From: Eledone cirrhosa
Lineage: Eukaryota
Assembly (NCBI GenBank): GCA_964016885.1
Contig: OZ024740.1
Span: 229,400,001 to 229,464,000, forward strand
Reading direction: 5' to 3'
Length of the DNA stretch: 64,000 bases
The notes beneath the pieces were generated by a model that had not been told where the DNA came from, did no database searches, and worked only from the letters and a program-made list of their open reading frames with translations. The translations under genes were made by a program, and so were the position numbers. Shown here in pieces: positions 13,264 to 26,608 of the stretch (positions are counted from its first letter, which is position 1; every line of letters starts with the position of its first letter).

Positions 13264-14152
13264 TTCTCCTGGTTTTATAATTTTATAATTTTTTTCCAAT
13301 AGAGAGAGAGTCGGTTTCTAACATAGACACAAGACTCTCATTGGAATTTACACAACATCAACTAGGTAGATATGTATGCATGTCTGCATGCATGCATGTG
13401 TGTGCAGGTATGGATGTTATTGTATGTGTGGATGTGTATGTTTTCATTTATATGTGTGCCTGTGTATAGGCTTTGTATCTGTACAAGTGTATATACAGTT
13501 ATTAGATGCAGAATTTTTGGAATGTTTTACATATTTTTACTACTCCATGGATTGTACTTGTAATTTCCTAACTAGTCGTGTTCTTTCTGTTCCTGTGAAG
13601 CCCAGCTTCTCAACATTTGTACTGAGGCAGTTACTAACATATTCCAGTGCCCCAATAACCACAGGTATAATCAGGGTGGAGTATTTGCAGATTTCTCATT
13701 AGTTCTGCATAGATATTCTCCTTTTCGCTGACCTTTGATATTATATTGGCATCTGCTGGGCAGCTAATTTCTACTACTGTGCATGTTTTCTTCTCCCTGT
13801 CCCATATCATAATATCTGGTCTGTTATGCCTGCATTTTATTGGGGTTTTTACTGGAACATTCCACCAGTTCTCTTTCATAGTATGTATGTGTATGTCTTC
13901 CCCATTACTGTAGCTTTTAATGTGTTTATTATCGGGGCTATCTTTTCTACGGATTGCATTGAACAGTGTTTTGACCACTACATCATGCCTCATAGGTAGA
14001 TAGTACCGCGATAACATCCTTGGATAGCTGCTGATGACATAGGTGACATCTTCGATGTTAATTCTGCAGAGTCTGCACTTGTTGTCGCATCTAGGTGTTT
14101 TGCCTGCATCCCTGTCTCTTTTGTGAATCAGGTATTTTGTGTTGATTTCCTG
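13264..14152 (-). mobile_element. 3' fragment of an RLE non-LTR retrotransposon (zinc knuckle, endonuclease, 3' UTR)
   Basis: QEINTKYL..KCRLCRINIEDVTYVISS..RHDVV..NRPDIMIWDREKKTCTVVEISCPAD; ends gagaa(cata)n. Confidence 0.88.
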
Positions 14153-14387
14153 TACATACATACATGTATGTATGTATGTATGTATGTATGTATGTATGTA
14201 TGTATGTATGTATGTATGTATGTATGTATGCATGTATGTATGTTTATTAATTTTATCAATTTTGTTATATACTTTTTATCGTATTTCCTGTAGCATGAAG
14301 AAGTCGAAATTTTTATCCGCTGAAACCGGTACTTTTCTACTTTTTTTCTTATTTGCCTAATATATATTTGTGTGTGCTCGCGCGCGC

Positions 14388-14445
<58 letters not shown>

Positions 14446-14449
14446 TGTG

Positions 14450-14543
<94 letters not shown>

Positions 14544-15023
14544 ATGTATATATATATGTATGTATGTATGTATGCACCGTATATACTATTTTATGTTAAA
14601 CGAAGATGATGATGTTATTTATTCAAAGGAAGAAGAGCACTGCTTATGACCTTTCAAGTCTTTCCTTGTCTAAGGAGATATTAATGTTGATGATGCAAGC
14701 ATGAACATCTGTTGGTCAATAACCTCTGAAATATACAACAGAGAGAATTACACTAAACCTATCCAAAATCTACGTGGTAGTAGTGCTGTTGTTCAAGCCC
14801 AAGTCTGTCCTGATTTAGCTTATATGTTCAACGTTTGGGCCCAAATATCTTGGGTTCAAGAAACTGATAACTGATCTCTGATTTCGATCAGTCGAACGAC
14901 AACAACATGAGACAGCAAATCATACGCAAGAAGAAGATTAAAGGTGATACAGCAATAATCATGTTATCTTATCTTTAGACATATTATATCTTGGATTACG
15001 TTATTCAATGTGTCTTTCGTTGC

Positions 15024-15510
15024 TTAACTCTTTTGATACCAAACTACCTGAAACTGATCCTGGTTCTATGATACAAAATCGCTGTTTGTTTCAAAGTGTT
15101 CATATTTAAAGTTAAACCTTTCATTTATAATTCTGTGTAAGATTTTAAGATATCCTATAAAGATTAAAAAGCAAAGTTAATTATATTATTATACAAAATT
15201 TCTCAAAATACTCGATTATTTCAAATTTAACTCAAAGTCATAGGCAGCGTATTTAATTTGAAATACGGCAACGAAAGTGTTAAGATTTTATTGAGGGACC
15301 TTTCATGACCGTATTTCTAATGAAATACACCCTATTTTAATTAATTAATGAAGAATTTTGAAGGATTTACTAAAAGTTTTAATTATTTCATTACTTAAAT
15401 AGTAACTTATATACAATTATGTTGGAAGATTTTAATCTAAATTTAAAATGGGTTGATTTATTTCATAGAACCAGAGCCGGTTTTGGCCGGGTTGGTAACT
15501 AAAGGGTTAA
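15024..15510. mobile_element. TTAA-flanked (piggyBac-like) MITE, degenerate
   Basis: ttaactcttttgataccaaac..ctggttctatga vs tcatagaaccag..gggttggtaactaaagggttaa. Confidence 0.6.
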
Positions 15511-16000
15511 AAATAACAGAATTTTCCCTCAAATTACACGTTTATTAAATATCCTTTTGTGGCTTAGGTTATTGTTGCCGTTGATCGTGTTCGTGGTATA
15601 TATGTATATAATGTGAGGATGATTCGACAGCATTTTCTAGCAAGTAGTGTGGCCTCTGTGGGTATATAAGGTTTGTAATATTCTTTAATTCTTTTACTGG
15701 TTCAAGTCATAAGACTTTGTTGACGTATCTAGGTGTTTTGCCTGTATCCCTGTCTCTTTTGTGAATCAGGTATTTTGTGTTGATTTATTGGTGTGTAGTG
15801 TGTATCGTTTTGGTTGTTTTGTTTTGTTTGCGTTTGTTGTGGGTTTGTTTCTGTTTCGCTTTTTGGTGACTTTTGTGGTGTTGGGGTTAATGATGGTGAT
15901 GGTGTTGGTGTTTGTAGTGATGGGGTTGGTGCCGGACACCTCCTTTTAAAATGTATTACAGGTATGAGAGTTTTCGGTTGATTTTTCAGGGTTTTTTTTG

Positions 16001-16113
<113 letters not shown>

Positions 16114-16687
16114 TTAGCAAAAGGACCAATCACTGACAGAGATGCAAAGCTAAGTTTCCTGAACGTTTTGCACGTTTTAACAGATTCATTTGTGAATTGA
16201 ATGCGATTTTTATAAATGAATTGCAGTAATTCCAGCCTCGTGAAGTCTGTTTCAGGATTTAGTGTTGATGGATAGTCAACAAAATATACATGATCTCTAT
16301 AGCCTCGCTGGACGACATCAAAAAGGATTAATAATTAAACAATATAAACATGTACTTATGGGAGTATTCCCAAAATAGGTTCTGGGAAAAATTTTAGAAT
16401 TCCATGAGAAAAAGTATTTTAATACAATTCAATAAAAATGTATTTGTTATATGGTTAATTTTCTCTCTAAAACAAATTTGGTTTCATTTAATGTCTGATT
16501 AAAAGTAAAATAATGAAGATGCTCGTAAAATATAGGTTCAACGATTTTTGGAATATCGCATAAAGGTTCCGCAGCAAAATAAGGTTGTTCAGGCTATCAA
16601 AAGAAGAGTGTTATTACAATATTTAATCAAATGACGCAAAGTCTTGTGTCTGACACTCTACCGATCCACTAAAAAAAAATCTAAAGT

Positions 16688-16955
16688 CTGTCTCGGGCGG
16701 CGAGGATCAGCAGGCCGATACTTATCTCGGTTTCCGTGGCATGAAGCGACTGATAGTACAAGAATCCCCACGTTGAACAGGACAACAGTCCATCACAGGT
16801 TTAAACTCTCAACTATTGCTGGTACTCATTGTCAGATGAGTATACTGGAGCAACGTGAAATGCTTTTCCCAACAAAACATACAGCCCAGTCCAGGAATCG
16901 AAGTCACGACATTATGATTGTAAGTCCAACACACTTATCACTATGCCACACGCTT
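16688..16955 (-). mobile_element. degenerate tRNA-derived SINE, second family
   Basis: similar to 1207-1388; tRNA B-box-like ttcgattcc on the minus strand near 16893-16902; related pieces at ~1690-1770, 35640-35752 and 58019-58108. Confidence 0.55.
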
Positions 16956-17474
16956 CCTCTGCCTTTCAGTGATATGATATAATACATAATCATTGTTTTA
17001 AAATCAATAAAGGCAGAAAAGTATAAATATTAAAACGTTAAAGTGCAGCAGTCAAATTCAAGAAGAATTGCTTTTATAAAGAAAAGAAAAACATATGTGT
17101 AGTTCATGAATCGTTCCTGTTATTGGGTGGAGAGAGATAATCTCTTGTTGACCGGGATAAGAATTGTGGAATGTCAGGTGAACTGAAGGCAAAGATAAGA
17201 CGTTCAAAATTTTTCTTCACTGCATATACACGCATATACATGCATACGCAGATATACAGAGACATATACACACACAGATGGATACACACAGACACAGACA
17301 CATAGACACATATATACAAACACTTAAACACATACAGATAGACACAGACAAACACATACACACTCTATATGCACTTATTCGCATACGTTGCGCGTGCGAG
17401 CTTAAAATGCATTTTCACATAAAGAAATTATCCGCTAAAAGTAGGGCACACACGCTGGCGCGCAGACACTACTC

Positions 17475-17540
<66 letters not shown>

Positions 17541-17621
17541 TATATAGTTAGATATATAGATAGATAGGAGTAATTGAGCGAAGAAGAAGAAAGATAGATA
17601 GATAGATAAACAGAGAGACAG

Positions 17622-17661
<40 letters not shown>

Positions 17662-17936
17662 ATACATGGGGAGGGTCATAATGTTGTAATAATATTCCCA
17701 GAAATAATAACAAAACACACTCACTGTTTGGTTGGTTTTCACTTCTGTATCTTTTATATCTCCATAGTTTATCATTGATTGACCAACGGTTAAAAATGCA
17801 GATATAAATATATATATATAATCTAACAAAGTTCTTTCGTTGCACATCTGCAACATCACCAGTGGTACTATCATTATGTTCCCTCCTATTGTATTGTATT
17901 GTATATTTGTTTCGACACACGATTTCATATCAAGAA

Positions 17937-18297
<361 letters not shown>

Positions 18298-18479
18298 TAT
18301 ATATATATATATAAATGAAAGATATAGAAAATATATATATATATATGTAGAAGTTATATTTATTTTGTTGGGATACAACAAGCAAATATTTTTATAACTG
18401 ATATAAAGCACTCAACAAATTTTTTGGAGTAAAATTACAATATATTAACAAATGGAAACTATATTTATAAAACCATATT

Positions 18480-18544
18480 TATTTCATTATACATATTTCA
18501 AGGACACCAAAGCAAATTATGGTGCGCTTTCATCAGATAAAATA
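18480..18544 (-). ncRNA. type I hammerhead ribozyme motif
   Basis: minus strand tattttat CTGATGA aagcgcacca..tggtgtcctt GAAA t-atgt-a TA atgaaata. Confidence 0.75.
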
Positions 18545-19040
18545 TAATATAGATCAGTTTTATAAACAAATATTGACATACCCTTAAAGAATGCAACCAT
18601 GTCGGTTGGAAGCTCCCGGATAGTGGGGTTACTAATTTTATTATTGGTCTATTATGCAAATTAGTGTCGGAAAGGTTTAAATCCCATACATTTAAATTAA
18701 GCCGTTGAAAAAGAAAAGGAAAAAGAAAGAACGAAAGAAAAACAAAAGAAAGAGAAAGAGAGAAAACCCTAAGTGAGAGAGTGTTGTATTAACGTAATTT
18801 TATGAGATGATGAAGCGAAAAGATAAATATATATTGGATGAATTAGGCGAAGTAAATAAAGCGTGTATAAATAAATAAATAAATAGTAATAACCGGAGAA
18901 TTTTATCTAATGTTTAAATTTGATTAAATTATTGAGATCTATAAATTAAAAATTAAAAATTGAGACCCATATATTATTAAAAGAATATATAATTAAAAGA
19001 TTATATATATATACTATCAAAATATATGTTATTATTAATC

Positions 19041-19132
19041 TAACTTTGCCTTTCATCCTTACGGGGTCGATAAAACAAAGTACCAGTAATGCTCTGGGTA
19101 ATTTCTGGCCTTGTGCCAAACATAGAAACAAT
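19041..19132 (+). mobile_element. 5'-truncated major SINE with 10-bp TSD
   Basis: SINE 3' half flanked by attattaatc at 19031-19040 and 19131-19140. Confidence 0.85.
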
Positions 19133-20202
19133 TATTAATCATCAACCAACAATTAACTATTAAATTTTTCAATTAACAATAAAACTTATAAGAAATAGCA
19201 AAATATATGTTTAAAATATAGGAATGTTCAGAGATTTTACCGAAGAAAAATCTCTTCTTAGTAATAGCAATACAGTGTGATGGAAAATGTATTAATTTAT
19301 TTGTAATATAGATTACCTCTAAGGATTATATGCTATAAAAGTTAAGATGATAAAAAAATTTAAGATTATAAGAAAACCTTATATTATTTTATAGTAAGTT
19401 ATAATTTTATAAATTTTATATATTTTATAAATCCACCTATTATACAGTTGTGACTGTTAAAATATAAGTTTGTTTACTATAACGTCTTAATGTTTAAAGT
19501 TTTTCATAAGAATATCTAAAGCATAAACCGTAAGATACCTTTTATATGATTTCATTCATAGAATGTATTCAAATTATACATTTCGATATATATATATATA
19601 CACAGACATACATACATGCATACATACTCACATATACACACATACATATATATACACATACATATATACATATACATATATATAAATAGAAAATACATAA
19701 TATAAAATAAAATATGAGTTATAATTTTAAAAGGATTATAATTTTAAAAGGAATTACAATTTCTAAAAAAGATATAATTATATAATTTTTAAAGGAATTA
19801 TATTTTTAAGCAATGTAATTTTTAAGCAATATAATTTTAAAAATAAAAATATATATAAGAATATATAGAAAAAACACAGTATAAAATATGAATTATAATT
19901 TTTTATAATTTTTTATATCCATCAGAGGAATTAACAATAAACCTTTTTTTAGAAACTTTCAGTACGTTTATCTTAATTTTTTATACCCATTTTTTTTTAA
20001 AACTTTCAGTACGTTTATCTAGAAGAATTTTCAAGGAAAAATTTTAAGGAAAACATTTTTAATGAAAAAAATCTTTTAAGGAAAAAATTTTTTTAAGGAA
20101 ACAATTTTTATGAAAATTTTTTTATTCATTTAAGAGAGTTTTTGGCAGTCGTATGAAGGAATCTAATGATTTATCGATAGGTTTAATAAGATGAGTTATA
20201 TA

Positions 20203-21762
20203 TTACATTTTAAATTTATATTTAAACGTTGAATTTAATCTATGTTTGCAGCAACTGAAAAGATTGTTCCTTAAATTTACAGAATTTTTGCTCTTTAATA
20301 TAAAGAATATTTCCTCTATAAAAAGCGCACAATTTTCCGAAGAGGCGTTACATGGAGGAGCTTTGGAAATAATATTCCAAAGTAAAGAATAGTTAATGTT
20401 CTTTAATTTTAGGTCCCATAGTAAGCTAGATAGAGAAGTTGAAGATTTTTTATTTATATTCGTAAAAGAGCATTTATGGTTATTAAAGCGGGATTTAAAG
20501 TCTGTGGAAGTAGAACCTACATAATTAAATGAATTTAAATTAGTTTTTACATTACAATTATATACTATATTTTTAGCTAAACAATTGTTATTTAACGGAC
20601 AGTTAGATTTATTTCTACAGTTACATTTATCAAAAATCAAGTTACTAGGAGCCGTATTATTAAATTGGATATTGCTGGGGTTGTTAATGGTATTCTGGTT
20701 AGGTTTTAAGTTTCTATTATTAATTCTATTAATATTCTGCGCTAAATTACTGGTGGTTGAATAAGTCAATTTTATAGTATGTCTATTAAATATTGAGTAA
20801 TATCTATGTGTTCTAGGGAAGCATTTGTCAAGAGCTTGAAAGAATAGTTTAGCAATAGGAGTTTTAATATTTAATGAGAAAGGAGGAGCGAACCATAATA
20901 TATTCCTAGTTCTATTTCTTTTTTAGTTTTTCGAATTATTGTAAGGTTTTCTATTGTAGTTGTTCAAATTATGGTTATTTGTTATATTATTATTATCAAT
21001 ATATTTAATTTTATTACTATACCCAGCTCTACCTAACGCTTCGTTGTAATATTGTGCTTTATCATCAAAAATATTCTTATTAGCTGAAATTCTAGAAATG
21101 CGTTGCTGTACAGAATTTACTATAGTATTTTTAACGGATCTGGGGTGATTGGAGTTAAAATTAACGTAGTTTAAGTTCTCGTTTAATTTGTGAAATGGAT
21201 AATGAAGACATGTGTTAAGGTTTAAGGTTACATCTAGAAAGTTAACTATTTTATAATTATTCTCTATTTCTACTTTAAGATTAAGGTAATTAAAAAATTG
21301 TATAATTTATTTTATTTTCCTATTTAATTCACAGTTATTATTTTCGATAAGTAATAGCATATCGTCGCAATATAAACCTCCGGTCATCTCCGGTAATTTT
21401 CTGTGTAGAGTATTATTTATAAAAAGCCCCACAAGATCCGTTACCTGGGCGGAATCCGATGACCCCATAGTGACATCGAAATTATTATCTCTATCTGCTC
21501 TAGTCCAGAGTTGGTTGTTAAATTTAATTAATGTTTTCCGTGCCGTTAGGATAATGTGCATTTTATTACTAGTTAAGTCTGTATGTTTAAAAGCATATGC
21601 CAGTGCTTTATTAAGTAGATTAGGAGTGATGGATGAGTAATAATTAGCAATATCCAATTGAATAAACTTATTATTATAATTATATTTAATGTCTTTAAAC
21701 CATTTGATAACTTCGTTAGTTCCTTTTCATAATTTTAAATAAGATAATTCTTTAATTTGTGT
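20203..21762 (-). mobile_element. Penelope-like element (Neptune-like), RT plus C-terminal GIY-YIG, decayed and 5'-truncated
   Basis: EVIKWF..FIQLDIANYYSSI, VTMGSSDSAQVTDLVG, GLYCDD, VNFLDVTLNL, SNHP, WFAPPFS, CNCRNKSNCPLNNNC, IVY..YVGST..FKSRFNNH; contains stops and frameshifts. Confidence 0.92.
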
Positions 21763-21807
21763 TTCTCGTTAATTCATGGGCTGAAATTCGATTCTCGCTA
21801 ATTTTTA

Positions 21808-21888
<81 letters not shown>

Positions 21889-21908
21889 TTATAAATATAG
21901 ATAGATAA

Positions 21909-21986
<78 letters not shown>

Positions 21987-21987
<1 letters not shown>

Positions 21988-22083
21988 TGGTTGCATTCAA
22001 ACACAAATATTTCAAGCACAGCCTTAGTATTGTTTCATGGAATAAATTTGTACCGTTCAAATTTTGCATATGCACATACATAC

Positions 22084-22158
<75 letters not shown>

Positions 22159-22167
22159 CATGTGTGT

Positions 22168-22210
<43 letters not shown>

Positions 22211-22228
22211 CATGTATGTATGTATAAG

Positions 22229-22270
<42 letters not shown>

Positions 22271-22365
22271 ATGTATGTGCATATGCAAAATTGGAACGGT
22301 ACAGATTTACCCCACGAAACAATACTAAGGCTGTGATTGAAATATTTGTATTTTAATGCAACCAT
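21987..22365. repeat. inverted repeat pair (~95 bp) around a TA/TG tract
   Basis: 21987-22083 is the reverse complement of 22269-22365 with several mismatches. Confidence 0.85.
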
Positions 22366-22734
22366 ACTAATACAGTGGTGACATTGTTTCAGTGGCCTGT
22401 GAATCATTGCTGATTCAGCTTTATGTATTTCGTACAAGCTGGGAAACATTGTCGTTGTAATTGCTATGACGTATTTGCTGCAAGCTTCTTTGGAACTATT
22501 CTGTCGTTGTAATGGTATTATTCTATTATTCTAACACTAGGTGGCCCCGTGTCTTAAAATGCTGCTAATTGTAGTATTTTATATATAAAAAGGGTACAAA
22601 ACCAAGTTTTTAGTTTAATAATTCTTTTATTACAATTTTTTTTGTGAAAAACTATCAGCAAACTTACATAGATAACAAAGATAATATCTTGCTGTACATA
22701 TGTATACATTTGTATGTATAGGCAGTTACTGGCT

Positions 22735-22870
22735 CTCAGTCAGCTACGACGAGGAGTGTTCCAGTTCATCCGATCAACAGGACAGCCCGTGAAATTAACG
22801 TGCAAAGGGCTGAGATTTCCACAGATATGCGTACGATTAACGTAGTTCTCAGGGAGATTCAAGGTGACAC
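22735..22870 (+). mobile_element. SINE-like interspersed repeat fragment
   Basis: cgacgaggagtgttccagtt..gtagttctcagggagattcaaggtgacac; inverted relative at ~62025-62155. Confidence 0.5.
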
Positions 22871-23279
22871 ATCGTACCAGCGTCATCCTAGTGGCGTGAA
22901 TAGGATTAACGACAGCTAGAAATAGCAGCCGAGTCCTTTCAACTGAGTTAGCTCTACAATTAAATACCTACCTGTGTGTGCTTACATACTTTACACATTT
23001 TCCCCTGTGATTGTCTCATATGTTTATTTAGATATATATATATATATGTCAATCAATTTCTAGTTGATATAAAATGCTCGGATCTATTCATTGGAATCTT
23101 TGAGCATATTCTACAGTGGATATGGCGCATGTCTCTCGGACATGACACCCTTAATTTAATTTTGGATATATATACGGCCCCTTAATTGTAGAGCTAACTC
23201 AGTTGAAAGGACTCGGCTGCTATTTCTAACTGCCGATAATCCTATTCACGCCACTAGGATGACGCTGGTACGATGTGTG
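22867..23279. repeat. inverted repeat pair (~97 bp)
   Basis: 22867-22963 vs 23182-23279, near-perfect reverse complement. Confidence 0.9.
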
Positions 23280-23664
23280 TATTTTTAAGAAAATGCAACA
23301 CGTGCTACGGATCATTCGCAGATTTGCATTTACCGTGTAAACACAGATAGTTAAATCTTCTCCCTTGTTGAAAATCCGGATTTGACTACTGTAATTTAGC
23401 GATTAATAGTGAAATATATTGCTTTATTTAATGAAATATATACAAAGGAGATTAATCATTTTAAAAGGTATCTATATTTGAAGTTCTAGTTAAACTTTAA
23501 TTGGTTACCTACCTAGCTGTGTGTGCTTACACACTTTACAAATTATCTCCTGTGATTGTCTGATATGTTTATTTAGATATATATATATATATGTATGTAA
23601 ATCAATATATAGTTGATATATATATATATATATAAATGAAAATATAAATGAAAATAGAGAAATT

Positions 23665-23852
23665 AATTGTTTCTACTTTAGGCACAAGGCCAGCAATTAT
23701 CCAGTGCATTACTGGTACTTTATTTTATCGACCCCGTAAAGATGAAAGGCAAAGTCAACCTCGGCGGGATTTGAACTCAGATCGTAAAGAGACGTAACTA
23801 TGCTCGAAAGCATGGCGTCCGACCCTCTACTGATACTGCCAATCCACCCCCC
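23665..23852 (-). mobile_element. full-length major tRNA-derived SINE with 18-bp TSD
   Basis: A-box tggcagtatcagt and B-box gagttcaaatcc on the minus strand; TSD tgaaaatagagaaattaa at 23649-23666 and 23853-23870. Confidence 0.9.
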
Positions 23853-24416
23853 TGAAAATAGAGAAATTAAGTCAACAGTAATTCATACATATAAGTGACT
23901 ATTACGTCAAGATGGAAAATATTTAACGTAAGACATGGGAAAAATAATTCAATCTCAATTTAAAAAAAAGTCAAGACAGAAATTTTATCCACATATTTTG
24001 TGTAATCCAGGGAAAAAATCCATAGAGTTTTAACTCAGAATAAAATTAAGGGTAAATACTTATCCTTCAATTTGGAAAAATCTACAAACACATATCTACA
24101 CACACACACACACACACATATATGTATATATAGGAGTTTACCAACATTTCAACCACATCCTCTTACGGAATCACCTATATAACTCACCCACACACACACC
24201 CCAAAACATTTTTTTTCTCCCACACGCCACCTACACCCACAACACGCTTAAACCCCACACACACGTGCTTTCCACCACATATTTACACCTTCAGCCTCCG
24301 GATTCCTCTCCCCCCACCCCTCTATCCACACACGCACACACACTCCGACCTACACCCCACCCCACTCACACCTCTTCCTGAACATGCAACCCCGTTCTTC
24401 CCCCAACCCTTGTTTT

Positions 24417-24447
<31 letters not shown>

Positions 24448-24739
24448 CACCTTCAGCCCTCCCCGCTCGGACACCCCGTCTCCCTCTCCCCACTCCACCC
24501 GCCACCACCCCTACACACCCCATACCCTTCCACCACCTGTTTTACCCCATTTTAATTTCAGTTTATTTTGATCATGCTTTTATATTTATTTTTATTTCAT
24601 TTCATTTTATTTTGATCATGCTTTATTTTTATTTTTATTTTTAATTTCATTCGCACCGTTTCCTCCCACCCCCTTTTCGCTATATGTCTCTCCACCACTC
24701 CCCTACACACCCTTTGAACTCTCTTCCCACACACTTCTC

Positions 24740-24771
24740 ACCTGAGGAAGGGCTTATGCCCGAAACGTCGT
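24740..24771 (+). ncRNA. minimal PLE-type hammerhead
   Basis: ac CTGAGGA a gggc-ttat-gccc GAAAC GTC gt; lies in a ~295-bp module (24570-24863) repeated at 36045-36336; tail-only copies at 30607-30742 and 59455-59533. Confidence 0.75.
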
Positions 24772-24859
24772 TCCCCACCCCACCCCCCACTCTCCAGAGC
24801 GTGAAATTAATAAACATTCGTTGTACTGCCTCTCTGTTTTGTTCCTGTTCAAATTTTCC

Positions 24860-24902
<43 letters not shown>

Positions 24903-24993
24903 CGAAGGAAATGTGGTAAGGAACCAGGTGGACCATAACGCACCAAAGTACTCAATACTTAGGGTAGTAGAGTGGGTAATAGGAACCAGTAAT

Positions 24994-25087
24994 ACCCCGA
25001 CGGCTGAGCTCAAGCCGTTTCGACGGCTAATTCTGGACTAAATGAAAATTTATCCTGGTATATAAATAGCCGAGCTTCTCAAGTGGT
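24994..25087 (-). ncRNA. hammerhead ribozyme, U3-A8 core variant (second family)
   Basis: minus strand accac TTGAGAA gctcggcta..tagccgtc GAAA cggct-tgagctc-agccg TC ggggt. Confidence 0.75.
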
Positions 25088-25365
25088 AATTCCATATATG
25101 GTCAAAGTGATTGTCACAAGGATTGGTCACAAGTTAGTAGTAATTCTGTGATGGCAAATTAGTGGCGGAGAGGGTGGCTAAACCTGCCAGTAGGAGAAAA
25201 AGGGGAGGGGGTGGAGTAGACCCAATCATGCGTTGGTAGTGCCGGCTACAGCTGGGCATGAGGTCAAAGAAGATACTAGGGAGGGGGAGGGGGAGGAAGT
25301 CGAAACGGTAAGTAGAACAATGAAGGGTAAACATATATATATGAAAAAATATATATAAATATATG

Positions 25366-25452
<87 letters not shown>

Positions 25453-25490
25453 GTATATATATATCTGTGTGTGTGTATATATATATATAC

Positions 25491-25527
<37 letters not shown>

Positions 25528-25908
25528 AATTCCAATGAGATCAGGTGATGAGAGGTTTTGTTTTTGTACTAGGATATCATCATATTGGATTCATTGAGCA
25601 TTCAAACATGCTACGGATTCATATATATAGGTTGAAAACAAAAACACGAGGTTTACTTAGTCCACTGTTTTACGATCGTTTTAGAAGTTTGATTGACCAT
25701 GATAAATCGATATAGTGACTAATTGATAGTAGTTGTGTAACTCTATGTTATTTAGTCTTGATATTATACACCCATTTCACTGTCTTAGTTTCTTCTTTGA
25801 CTAAAATATAGTCCTGGGTTAACTGCAAACTGGGGTTGTTTCCATGCTTACATTAACCTCGACCTAGATCATGTAGTCGGTGGAATGTCAACATAGCATG
25901 CTATAGAA

Positions 25909-26590
25909 CAAGCATGTCAAACTGAGGGTCCCCCGAGGGCCACATGGGTCACATATCTGTTGTCTGAGGGCCACACATCACAACTAATTGTGCACATTAC
26001 AACTATTATTTTAAATTTTATATTACGAAGACTAGCAGAAAACCGCCCACCGGGTGGTTTTCTGCTAGTATATATATATATATTACACACACAGAAATGT
26101 ATATATATTTCTGCGTGTATATATATATATATTTCTGTGTGTGTATATATATATATATATATATTACACACACAAAAATGTATATATGTTTCTGTAGCAC
26201 TCCTCAATTCCCCCCTCTCTCCCTCCCGCTATCCCCCTCTTGTAGTCTGTCTCTTTCTTTCACTCTCACTCTCTCTCTACGCGTGCGCAAAAAACATTCG
26301 CACGCGCGCACGTGTTTTAGCGTCTATTCACTCTCTCTCTCTCCCTCTCTCCCTCCCGCTATCCCCTCTTGTAGTCTGTCTCTTTCTTTCACTCTCACTC
26401 TCTCTCTACGCGTGCGCAAAAAACATTCGCACGCGCGCACGTGTTTCCACTGTCGGACAGACAGAGAAATTGCTGGTTATATATTATAAGGAGATAAAAC
26501 ATGCTCACGCTGTAGAAACATGTGTGCGGACCGCAGGTGTGCTTGCAAAGGGCCGAATGTGGGCCGCGAGCCGAATGTTTGACATGCCTG
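25909..26590. mobile_element. hAT (Charlie-like) non-autonomous DNA transposon
   Basis: TIRs caagcatgtcaaac / gtttgacatgcctg; exact 8-bp TSD ctatagaa at 25901-25908 and 26591-26598; internal ~92-bp duplication. Confidence 0.9.
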
Positions 26591-26608
26591 CTATAGAAGG
26601 TATATGTG

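Noticed and set aside
19572-19930. Possible split hammerhead downstream of the PLE ORF (ctgatggatata ... tatatcgaaatgtata, minus strand)
   Set aside because: The core lacks A9, helix I does not pair, and the gap is ~330 nt of low-complexity sequence.
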